A stretch of DNA of 64,000 nucleotides, taken from contig JAJFFQ010000065.1 of the NCBI GenBank assembly GCA_021776565.1, positions 3,358 to 67,357 on the forward strand. The letters are read 5' to 3'. Source of the stretch: Robiginitomaculum sp. GTDB lineage: Bacteria > Pseudomonadota > Alphaproteobacteria > Caulobacterales > Maricaulaceae. Made by a program: the position numbers and the translations under genes. This document shows, piece after piece, positions 42,179-50,282 of the stretch (its first letter is position 1; each line of letters starts with the position of its first letter). Below the pieces are notes generated by a model that did no database searches, had not been told where the DNA came from, and saw nothing but the letters and a program-made list of their open reading frames with translations.

Positions 42179-42692
42179 TGTCATTACCCGACTTGTTCGG
42201 GTAATCCACCCTTCGTCCTTCGAGACGGCCCTGCGGGCCTCCTCAGGATGAGGTGGATTTAGTTTGAACTGGATTGCCGGAACAAGTCTACTACTGTCCG
42301 GTCTGGATTTTCCTCGGGTCGAAAATAACAATAAAAACAATTTGTTAGAGTAAAGAAGGCTCTTCGGGACAGGACTTTGCCCCGCCAGTTTTATCCTTTC
42401 CTGCTTTTCTTCCCCTGCTTGCGGGGGAAGTGGCCGCGAAGCGGTCGATGGGGGGAGTCTTGGTTTCAACTTGTTGATTTTTTACCAAGCTAAGGCACTC
42501 TGGCCCCCTCCGGCTCCGCTTGCGCTACGCCACCTCCCCCGCGAAAAACAGGGGAGGAAAACAAAAGAAATCGCTAAACCGGACAGTAGTGGACTGGTTC
42601 GGGCAATGACATCCTTAGGGGGTAGGCCTGATGATGTTACCAACAGAAAATGGTTTTCCCCACCCGGAAACTCTTGCCGGGGGTGGTGGGTT
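42179..42692. repeat. composite REP complex forming a large imperfect palindrome
   Basis: It contains REP units (tgtcATTACCCGActtgtTCGGGTAATcc; ATCCACC...cttcgagacggccctgcgggcctcctcagg...GGTGGAT). Outer arms 42271-42303 and 42578-42610 and inner arms 42407-42456 and 42504-42559 surround CTTGGT...ACCAAG (42459-42489). Confidence 0.75.
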
Positions 42693-42802
42693 ATACCGTG
42701 TGGTTTCTGCCTATTCCGGTTAATGAGCGATAAATCAACACTTTTTCACAAAAAAAACATCATAAAAACAGCAAGTTAAAACACCTGCAATCAAGCTGCC
42801 TT

Positions 42803-42817
42803 TGGCACGTCCATTGC
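42803..42817 (+). promoter_or_regulatory. sigma54 (-24/-12) promoter of flagellin 1
   Basis: TGGCAC-gtcca-TTGC matches the consensus exactly, 71 nt upstream of ATG 42889. Confidence 0.65.
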
Positions 42818-42888
42818 GAGGGAACTGATGGACAAGAATGTCTATCGGTCAAAACGACCGTTTCCCTTACAGAATGGAAGGACCCAAA

Positions 42889-43716
42889 ATGACTATTTCA
42901 GTCAATACCAATGCAGGTGCGCTTGTTGCCCTGCAAAACCTAAACATAACGAACAGGCAGCTTTCAACCGTGCAAAACCGTATCAGTACAGGCCTTAAAG
43001 TGGCCAATGCCAAGGACAATGGTGGCGTATTTGCCATTGCCCAAAAGCTACGCGGTGATGTGCGAAGCCTGGATGTTGTGGATCAGTCGCTTAGTCGAGT
43101 GCGGTCATTAGTAGATGTATCACTGGCCGCAGGACAGGCAATTTCTGACTTGCTCATAGATTTGAAAGAAAAGGCACTGGCGGCATCTGATACGTCGCTG
43201 GATGCTTCATCACGTACCGCCATCAACGAAGATTTCAAGGCGTTGCGCGATCAAATCACAAGCATTGTCAGTAATGCCAGTTTTAACGGCAAGAACCTGA
43301 TAAACAATACGACAAACTCGGTCACTGCGCTGGCGAATGCCGCTGGCTCCAGTGTACTAACCGTGCTTGATGAAGCCTTGCAGCTTGGGGGCACTATCGT
43401 CACCCTGGCCGCCGGTGATGATGTATCTACATCGGCACTGGCCGCGACTAATTTGGCAAAAGTCAATGCCTCGATCACCAACCTTAATTCCTCGTTGGCA
43501 AGATTGGGTACAAAGTCAAAGGCGCTGGATATACACGCACAGTTCACCACTAAACTTTCTGACGCTTTGGTCGCCAGTATCGGCAATCTTGTTGATGCAG
43601 ACCTGGCCAGGGAAAGTGCGAACTTGCAGGCCTTGCAGGTCAAGCAGCAGCTTGGCGTACAGGCGCTTTCAATTGCCAATCAGGCACCACAAACGATATT
43701 GAGCTTCTTTCAATAA
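42889..43716 (+). CDS. flagellin (short, about 275 aa)
   Basis: MTISVNTNAGALVALQNLN...NLQALQVKQQLGVQALSIANQAPQTILSFFQ, with GGAAGGA SD upstream. Confidence 0.95.
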   Translation: MTISVNTNAGALVALQNLNITNRQLSTVQNRISTGLKVANAKDNGGVFAIAQKLRGDVRSLDVVDQSLSRVRSLVDVSLAAGQAISDLLIDLKEKALAASDTSLDASSRTAINEDFKALRDQITSIVSNASFNGKNLINNTTNSVTALANAAGSSVLTVLDEALQLGGTIVTLAAGDDVSTSALAATNLAKVNASITNLNSSLARLGTKSKALDIHAQFTTKLSDALVASIGNLVDADLARESANLQALQVKQQLGVQALSIANQAPQTILSFFQ

Positions 43717-43731
43717 GTTCGTTCAAACACT

Positions 43732-43761
43732 GGGCCGCGAGTTTTCGCGGCCCTTTTTTTG
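43732..43761 (+). terminator. rho-independent terminator
   Basis: GGGCCGCGA-gttt-TCGCGGCCC followed by T8. Confidence 0.75.
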
Positions 43762-43937
43762 TTCTTTATTTACCATAACTCTGGTGAATTTATTCCGGTC
43801 AGGCAGATTTTGCCGACCAGTTTTTTCATAAAGCGGCACATTCTGCCGTGCCAATATGACGCAAACCCTTGTTTTTTGGTGGCAAGGCATTGTTTTCCCA
43901 ATGAACCAGGCAAAATCTTCCATCTGATAATTTCAAC

Positions 43938-43952
43938 TGGCGCGGGGCTTGC
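43938..43952 (+). promoter_or_regulatory. sigma54-type promoter of flagellin 2
   Basis: TGGCGC-ggggc-TTGC has the correct GG-N10-GC spacing, 77 nt upstream of ATG 44030. Confidence 0.55.
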
Positions 43953-44029
43953 AAAGGCTTTTGCGGGTCAAAGACCCCGGCTGCGCCAAATGCGCGGCAT
44001 GAATAGCCAGAATGGAAAGGAACCAAGAA

Positions 44030-44854
44030 ATGGCTTCTGTAAACACAAATGCGGGCGCACTCGTTGCCCTGCAAAACCTCAATCAAACTTCACGTTCATT
44101 GGCAACAACACAAAACCGGATTAGTACCGGTCTGCGTGTTGCTAATGCCAAAGACAATGGCGGCGCCTTTGCCATCGCGCAAAAATTGCGTGGCGATGTG
44201 CGTGCTTTTGACGTGGTCAAGGAATCTTTGAGCCGCGTTGGTTCAGCTGTGGATGTTGCGTCCGCTGCTGGTCAGGCGATCTCTGATCTTCTGATTGATT
44301 TGAAAGAAAAAGCTTTGGCTGCAAAGGATACGTCACTTGATGCCGCATCTCGTACGGCCATCAACGAAGACTTCAAGGCACTGCGCGATCAAATCACAAC
44401 CATCGTCAGTAATGCCACCTTTAACGGCAAAAACCTGATTAACAATACAACCGCTTCAATTTCGGCCCTGGCAAACGCTACAGGTTCGTCAGTGATTACT
44501 GTGCTGGATGAAGCCCTGCAACTGGGCGGTGCTATTGTTACCCTGGCTGCGGCTGATGATGTATCTACATCAGCACTTGCTGCCACAACTTTGACAAAGG
44601 TTGAAGCCTCGATCACTAATATCGGTGCTTCTTTGGCCCGTTTGGGCACCAAATCCAAGGCTCTGGAAATTCAGTCCAGCTTTGTTACAAAGCTGTCTGA
44701 TGCCCTGACTGCCAGCATCGGCAATCTTGTCGACGCGGATCTGGCCAAGGAAAGTGCGAACTTGCAAGCCTTGCAGGTCAAGCAACAGCTTGGCGTACAG
44801 GCGCTTTCAATCGCCAATCAGGCACCACAAACGATTCTCGGATTCTTCCGATAG
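44030..44854 (+). CDS. flagellin (short, about 274 aa; close paralog of flagellin 1)
   Basis: MASVNTNAGALVALQNLN...SIANQAPQTILGFFR, with GGAAAGGA SD upstream. Confidence 0.95.
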   Translation: MASVNTNAGALVALQNLNQTSRSLATTQNRISTGLRVANAKDNGGAFAIAQKLRGDVRAFDVVKESLSRVGSAVDVASAAGQAISDLLIDLKEKALAAKDTSLDAASRTAINEDFKALRDQITTIVSNATFNGKNLINNTTASISALANATGSSVITVLDEALQLGGAIVTLAAADDVSTSALAATTLTKVEASITNIGASLARLGTKSKALEIQSSFVTKLSDALTASIGNLVDADLAKESANLQALQVKQQLGVQALSIANQAPQTILGFFR

Positions 44855-44990
44855 TCTGAACAACAGGGGAAGTTGGCGAAGGCAAAGGGGTCCGCTTTCG
44901 CCAACACTACCTTCGAGTGACCTGGCCAAAACGCGCGCAAGACGCGGTGGCCAGGTCTATCGAGGAGGCCGGTAAAACGGTTAGGAAAAA

Positions 44991-45341
44991 ATGGCAAACG
45001 AGATACGTAAATTTCCATTTCTTGTTCCGCCGCCTGCCAAGGCTGGCAGTGGTGGCGGCACAGCCACGGAATCGCAAAAACAGGACGTTCAGGCCTTGGT
45101 GTCTGAGCCAAATGATAGTTTGAAAACCGATCAATCTGTCAACGTTGAACCTGTATCAACACAAGCGATCTCAAATGTACGTCTGGTCATTGAAAGAAAT
45201 GAAGTTTCCGGTGGCTATATCTATAAAAGTATAGATCGTGAGACCGGAGAGGTGATTCAGCAGTTTCCGCGTGAAGCTGTTTTGCGCGCGATTGCAATAA
45301 CACAGGCAGCCGAAGGGCTGATTATTGATACCGAAGCCTAA
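44991..45341 (+). CDS. flaG: FlaG-family flagellar protein
   Basis: The C-terminal block RLVIERNEVSGGYIYKSIDRETGEVIQQFPREAVLRAIA matches the FlaG pattern. It lies directly after a flagellin gene. Confidence 0.75.
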   Translation: MANEIRKFPFLVPPPAKAGSGGGTATESQKQDVQALVSEPNDSLKTDQSVNVEPVSTQAISNVRLVIERNEVSGGYIYKSIDRETGEVIQQFPREAVLRAIAITQAAEGLIIDTEA

Positions 45342-45482
45342 AAGTTCAAAGAACATTCATTTTCAATGAAAATTTTAGCATATTGTATTGATTCAATTTT
45401 ATCCAATTTAACCATCGTCACCAACTCACTTGATTTTTTCAGGATTCTTCCTCCTGTTTTGGCATTAAAGACAACCTCGTAT

Positions 45483-45582
45483 TGTCATTACCGGGCTTGT
45501 CCCGGTAATCCAGTCTTGCTTTGCAACGCCGTTCTGGATTACCCGTCCTTCGACAAGCTCAGGATGAGAATCGGGTAATGAC
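45483..45582. repeat. REP pair, the second with another REP nested inside it
   Basis: tgtcATTACCGGGcttgtCCCGGTAATccag (45483-45513). In ctggATTACCCG[tccttcgacaagctcaggatgaga]atCGGGTAATgaca (45534-45582), a TTCGACAAGCTCAG-type unit sits in the loop. Confidence 0.75.
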
Positions 45583-45847
45583 AGGCCAGGATAAACAAGA
45601 GAACCCACCCCTTGTCATCAACTCACTTGATTATTTTTGATTTTATCTCTTGTTTTGGCATTGAGGATGACGAGGCATGTTTGCTTGGTAGCTCTAAAGT
45701 TTGAACCTCACAAAAAGCAATGTTACGACCCGGCAAAACCCGCCGCCCGGCAGGTCAGGGCCATACATTATGGTTAATCTTGCCGAGCAGAATAAATCAG
45801 ACAACACTAATGCATTGAAACAACAATATAATTTGCCGTTTCCATTC

Positions 45848-45862
45848 TGGCATGGGTGTTGC
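45848..45862 (+). promoter_or_regulatory. sigma54-type promoter of flagellin 3
   Basis: TGGCAT-gggtg-TTGC, 68 nt upstream of ATG 45931. Confidence 0.55.
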
Positions 45863-45930
45863 GTTGTCTATACGTATGATGGGTGGAAATATCCACCTCT
45901 TGAGTGATTAACTCAACGTCGGAGTATAGA

Positions 45931-46764
45931 ATGACAGTCAGTGTGCACACAAACACCTCAGCCCTTGCCGCCCTGCAGCAGCTTAATAAAACCAATACGC
46001 AACTAGACAATGTCCAGACCAGGATCAATACCGGGCTAAAGGTTTCCGGTGCCAAGGACAATGCTGCGGTTTTTGCAGTTGCGCAAAGTTTGCGTTCGGA
46101 TATTGGCGCTTATGATGCTGTGGGAACATCGCTTGATCGGGCGGCGTCTATTGGCAATGTGGCTTTGGCGGCTGGGGAATCCATTTCTGACCTGCTTATA
46201 GAGTTACGGGCCAAGGCAACCGCCGCCACGGAAACCTCGATTGATACATTTACCCGCAAGGCCTTTGATTCAGATTTCAAGGCCATTCTCTCGCAAATTT
46301 CTACTATTCTGGCCAATGCTGCATTTGACGGGGCCAACATACTGGATAATTCAAATTCACCGGGCATTGGGTTTCTTGCCGATGCAGATGGCACACGCAC
46401 ACTGACCCTGAAGACCCAGAATTTATCTTTTGGCGGCACCATTATTACGTTGGCGGCGACGGCCAGTCTGGGAACAGTAACTCTGGCAAAGGCAGCGGTT
46501 ACAGCGGTCAAAACGTCGCTTGATAATGTCAATCAGGCACTGGCTAATCTTGGCTCTGATGTCAGGAAAATCGAAGCCCACAGTATCTTCGTCAGTAAAC
46601 TGACCGATGCACTTAATGTTGGCGTTGGTAATCTGGTTGATGCTGACCTGGCGGTGGAAAGTGCCAAACTTCAAGCCTTGCAAGTGCAACAGCAATTAGG
46701 CGTGCAGGCTTTGGGTATTGCCAATTCGCGCCCGCAAATCATTCTCTCACTTTTCCAGAACTAG
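45931..46764 (+). CDS. flagellin (divergent third paralog, about 277 aa)
   Basis: MTVSVHTNTSALAALQQLN...LQALQVQQQLGVQALGIANSRPQIILSLFQN, with GGAG SD upstream. Confidence 0.9.
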   Translation: MTVSVHTNTSALAALQQLNKTNTQLDNVQTRINTGLKVSGAKDNAAVFAVAQSLRSDIGAYDAVGTSLDRAASIGNVALAAGESISDLLIELRAKATAATETSIDTFTRKAFDSDFKAILSQISTILANAAFDGANILDNSNSPGIGFLADADGTRTLTLKTQNLSFGGTIITLAATASLGTVTLAKAAVTAVKTSLDNVNQALANLGSDVRKIEAHSIFVSKLTDALNVGVGNLVDADLAVESAKLQALQVQQQLGVQALGIANSRPQIILSLFQN

Positions 46765-46795
46765 TTCCACCGATAACGCTCTAGATTTCTGAATG

Positions 46796-46826
46796 ACCCT
46801 GCGGGACGCCCGCAGGGTTTTCTTTT
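46796..46826 (+). terminator. rho-independent terminator
   Basis: ACCCTGCGGG-acg-CCCGCAGGGT followed by TTTCTTTT. Confidence 0.7.
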
Positions 46827-46869
46827 ACGGGCATTGTTTTATACCTCCCTATGAAAGAAGGACGGGTAG

Positions 46870-47454
46870 ATGCGTAGTGTTTTTATCATGGGGGTTTTGA
46901 TCCTGATTGGATTTGCGCTGTTGGCCATTGGTAATGCTGCCGAACAGGCCTCATTACGCCATCAAGCCGAAAACGCGCGCAAAGCCAGCCAGGATTTCTC
47001 CCAAACGCTAAAGGCGCAATTGCTTGTTGCTATCAGAGCTGGCGGCCCAATGGAGGCCATAGCCGTATGTCAGCAAATTGCCCCGCAAATCGCGGTACAA
47101 TACGCTAAAGAAGGACTACAAATCAGTCGCACGGCCCTGAAATTGCGTAACCCCGCCAATGCCCCCGATGAGTGGGAGCGCGCAGTCCTTACCGGTTTCG
47201 AGACGGCGATAGCCAAGGGGGATGATCCGCAAATGCTGGAACGGTTTGAATTCATTGCGGGCAAGGACGGCAACAAAACCTTTCGCTATATGAAAGCCAT
47301 CCCGGTGGGCCAGCCGTGTCTGGTGTGTCACGGTAGTGATATTTCACCATCCGTGCGTGAAGTGTTGGCGCAGCATTACCCCGAAGATCAAGCGATTAAC
47401 CTTGAACAAGGGGCCTTGCGCGGTGCGTTCACGATCACCAGGGACATGCCCTAG
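46870..47454 (+). CDS. periplasmic DUF3365 (Tll0287-like) protein with a c-type heme motif
   Basis: N-terminal signal/TM segment and a single CxxCH motif (GQPCLVCHG). The overall layout fits the DUF3365 family. Confidence 0.65.
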   Translation: MRSVFIMGVLILIGFALLAIGNAAEQASLRHQAENARKASQDFSQTLKAQLLVAIRAGGPMEAIAVCQQIAPQIAVQYAKEGLQISRTALKLRNPANAPDEWERAVLTGFETAIAKGDDPQMLERFEFIAGKDGNKTFRYMKAIPVGQPCLVCHGSDISPSVREVLAQHYPEDQAINLEQGALRGAFTITRDMP

Positions 47455-48527
47455 CCAGTAAAAGTTTCTTTCAACAGGGATTGCAGACCACGGGCATCCA
47501 GATGCTCGGGGTTGGAATCAGAAACATAGGAAAAATCAGAGGCCACAGCTTTGGCATTTGCATCCAGATAACTCTGCCTGTGGCTGTTATTATGGCTGGG
47601 CAGTATGACAAAGCGATCGTCCAGCTCCAGCGTTGAATGTGCATCATCCAGTGGCACCATGGTTTCGTGCAGTTTCTCGCCCGGGCGAATACCGATAATA
47701 CGGTGCGGCAGACCCGGCGCGATTGAAATCGCCATTTCAACAGTGCTCATGGATGGAATTTTTGGCACAAATGTTTCACCGCCCCGTGCCATGGCCAACG
47801 AAGAAAGCACAAAATCAACCGCTTGCGGCAGGGTAATCCAGAATCGCGTCATGCGCGGATCGGTTATGGGTAGCTCTTTGGCACCTTCGGCCACCAGCTT
47901 TTTGAAAAACGGGGCGACCGAACCGCGTGAGCCAACCACATTGCCATAGCGCACTATGGAAAATACCGGCCCATCATTACCGCCCATGGCGCTGGCAGCG
48001 GCAAAAATTTTGTCGGATGCCAGCTTGGATGCACCATAAAGATTGATCGGGCTGGCGGCCTTGTCGGTGGACAAGGCGCAGACTTTGCTGACCCCTGCGG
48101 CAATGGCGGCCTGAACCACATTTTCTGCGCCCATAACATTGGTTTTGATACATTCAAAAGGGTTATATTCTGCTATAGGGACATGTTTCAGCGCAGCAGC
48201 ATGAACCACCACATCAACGCCGCGCATGGCCTGTTCCAGTCTTGACTGATCGCGCACATCACCGATGAAATAACGCATAAAGGTGTGTTCGGCAGGGTTA
48301 AAGTTTTGCGCCATCTCATATTGTTTTAACTCGTCCCGAGAAAATATAATCAGCTTGGACGGTTTGAACTCGTCGCAAATGGTGCGGGTAAGCTGTTTAC
48401 CAAAAGAGCCAGTGCCCCCGGTTATCATAACGGTTTTACCATCAAGATTGATGCGGGGTTCGCGAAAATTACGGTGGACGGATGCTGATTTAGTTATCTG
48501 TGCGGGTTTAAGAGCAGGGAGCGCCAT
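47451..48527 (-). CDS. pseB: UDP-N-acetylglucosamine 4,6-dehydratase (PseB/FlmA/CapD-like)
   Basis: GKTVMITGGTGSFGKQL, AALKHVPIAEYNPFECIKTNVMGAENV and YGASKLASDK. Confidence 0.85.
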   Translation of the reverse strand: MALPALKPAQITKSASVHRNFREPRINLDGKTVMITGGTGSFGKQLTRTICDEFKPSKLIIFSRDELKQYEMAQNFNPAEHTFMRYFIGDVRDQSRLEQAMRGVDVVVHAAALKHVPIAEYNPFECIKTNVMGAENVVQAAIAAGVSKVCALSTDKAASPINLYGASKLASDKIFAAASAMGGNDGPVFSIVRYGNVVGSRGSVAPFFKKLVAEGAKELPITDPRMTRFWITLPQAVDFVLSSLAMARGGETFVPKIPSMSTVEMAISIAPGLPHRIIGIRPGEKLHETMVPLDDAHSTLELDDRFVILPSHNNSHRQSYLDANAKAVASDFSYVSDSNPEHLDARGLQSLLKETFTG

Positions 48528-48620
48528 GGCGATTCTTTCTTGTGATACCTTGTGATATAAAGTGCAGGTTCCTCTTTTATGGTTAACCAGACGTTAGCTG
48601 CGTGCATCCACAATGGATTT

Positions 48621-49406
48621 ATGACTTGTGCTGTGATTGTTCAGGCCCGATGGGGTTCCTCGCGTTTGCCGGGCAAAACCCTTGCGCAAATCGCGGGTAA
48701 ACCTGCGCTTCTGTGGTGTCTTGATCGTTGCCGCAACATTGCGGGTGTGGATATTGTTGTTTGCGCCGTGCCAGAGGGCCGCGAGGATGACAAGGTGGCC
48801 GAAGCGGCAATGGATGCCGGTTATTTTGTCACCCGTGGATCAGAGCTGGACGTGCTGGCGCGTTATGCCAGGGCCGCACGAGAAGTGGACGCACAGACAG
48901 TCATGCGGGTCACCTCGGATTGCCCATTCATCGACCCAGCCATTTGTGCGCAGGTTTTGGCGCTATTGGATGGTCCAAATGTTGATTATGCCTGTAATAA
49001 TATGCCGCCGCGTTTTCCCCACGGTCTGGATTGCGATGCTTTCCCGGCGGCGCTCCTCTTTGAGGCAGAACGCTGTGCGCATGACCCTTATGAGCGCGAA
49101 CATGTCACCCCCTGGTTGCGGCGGCACAGACGCCTGAGCAAAGCCTGTCTGCGTGGCCCGGGCGGCGGGCTGGAACGTTTGCGCTGGACACTGGATCATG
49201 CGTCCGATCTGGAATTTTTCCGCAATACCGCCGAAGCTTTTGGCAAGGGTGCCGAACATGCCAGCGCCGCACAACTGGCGGCTCTTTGTCTGCGTCGCCC
49301 GGATCTGGCGGCAATCAATGCAGATGTTATTGACCAGACACGCCTGAATGATGAAACCCGCGCCCCCTTGCAAACGGCGCCAATGGCACTCGGTCATGCA
49401 GCCTGA
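48621..49406 (+). CDS. cytidylyltransferase-family protein (SpsF/FlmC-like)
   Basis: VIVQARWGSSRLPGKTL is the typical CTP_transf_3 N-terminus. The track ATG at 48579 is an alternative start. Confidence 0.7.
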   Translation: MTCAVIVQARWGSSRLPGKTLAQIAGKPALLWCLDRCRNIAGVDIVVCAVPEGREDDKVAEAAMDAGYFVTRGSELDVLARYARAAREVDAQTVMRVTSDCPFIDPAICAQVLALLDGPNVDYACNNMPPRFPHGLDCDAFPAALLFEAERCAHDPYEREHVTPWLRRHRRLSKACLRGPGGGLERLRWTLDHASDLEFFRNTAEAFGKGAEHASAAQLAALCLRRPDLAAINADVIDQTRLNDETRAPLQTAPMALGHAA

Positions 49407-49421
49407 GGGCCAGGGCGCTTC

Positions 49422-50282
49422 ATGCGCACCTTGATCCTGGGCAGTACGGGTCTTTTGGGCCGGGCCTTATGCCATGAGGCAGAACAGCGTGGCTTTGCGG
49501 CGATAGGCGCAGCGCGATCCGGCACGGATGTGAACATTGATATAGGCAATAATGATGATCTTGCGCAGCTATTACAAAATGTTAGCCCTGAACTGGTTAT
49601 CAATGCGGCAGCGAATGTAGACCTTGCTGCTTGTGAAGCAGACCCGGCGGCGGCATTTAGGATCAATGCGTGTCCGGTGGAATTGCTGGCTCGGTGGAGC
49701 CAGATGCAGGGCAAACCACTGGTGCATATCTCCACCGATCAGTTTTTTGACGGCGATGGGGATGCCAAACATGATGAGAACGCAAACATAACCCTCTGTA
49801 ACGAATATGCGCGTAGTAAATATGCGGCTGAGGCGTTTGCCTTGACGGCTCCTATGGCATTGGTGTTACGCACCTCCCTTGCCGGGTTTCACCCGGACGG
49901 TCGCGGATTTGCACACTGGGTGATGGATGCGCTGCACAACCATAAGCCTTTGACCTTGTTTGATGATTTTTTTGGCTCCACCATTGATGCGCCTGCCTTT
50001 GCCATTGCATTATTCGATTTGGTGGCGCTGGAGGCCAAAGGGCGTTTGAATTTGGCAAGCCGTGAAGTTTCTTCTAAAAAACAGTTCATTCATGCTTTGG
50101 CGCAGGCCGCAGGTGTCACCCTTGACTGGGCGCAAACCGGCTCGGTAGCAACCTTGAAACCGTGCCGCGCCCGCTCTTTGGGGCTGGATGTGGGCAAGGC
50201 CGAAACCCTGTTGGGCCGCGCCTTGCCGGATCGCAAAGAGGTTTGCGCTGCACTCATTGCGCAATGGAGAGACATTTCATGA
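49422..50282 (+). CDS. RmlD-like SDR (dTDP-4-dehydrorhamnose reductase family)
   Basis: MRTLILGSTGLLGRAL and the YARSKYAAE catalytic YxxxK motif. Confidence 0.7.
   Translation: MRTLILGSTGLLGRALCHEAEQRGFAAIGAARSGTDVNIDIGNNDDLAQLLQNVSPELVINAAANVDLAACEADPAAAFRINACPVELLARWSQMQGKPLVHISTDQFFDGDGDAKHDENANITLCNEYARSKYAAEAFALTAPMALVLRTSLAGFHPDGRGFAHWVMDALHNHKPLTLFDDFFGSTIDAPAFAIALFDLVALEAKGRLNLASREVSSKKQFIHALAQAAGVTLDWAQTGSVATLKPCRARSLGLDVGKAETLLGRALPDRKEVCAALIAQWRDIS

Noticed and set aside
42161-42779. Two back-to-back 102-aa ORFs (42161-42469 minus strand, 42471-42779 plus strand)
   Set aside because: They are mirror images generated by the large REP palindrome. They have low-complexity, REP-derived peptides (AVSKDEGW type), no SD and no family.
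45458-45470. TGGCAT motifs inside the duplicated 48-bp segments (also at 45655), considered as sigma54 promoters
   Set aside because: No TTGC/GC element sits at the required N5 spacing. The properly spaced TGGCAT-N5-TTGC at 45848 is the better candidate.
45366-45907. The ORFs 45366-45578 and 45701-45907 in the flaG-flagellin 3 spacer
   Set aside because: The first reads through REP units (phantom CHYRACPGNP peptide). The second overlaps the sigma54 promoter and leader of flagellin 3. Neither has an SD or any family resemblance.
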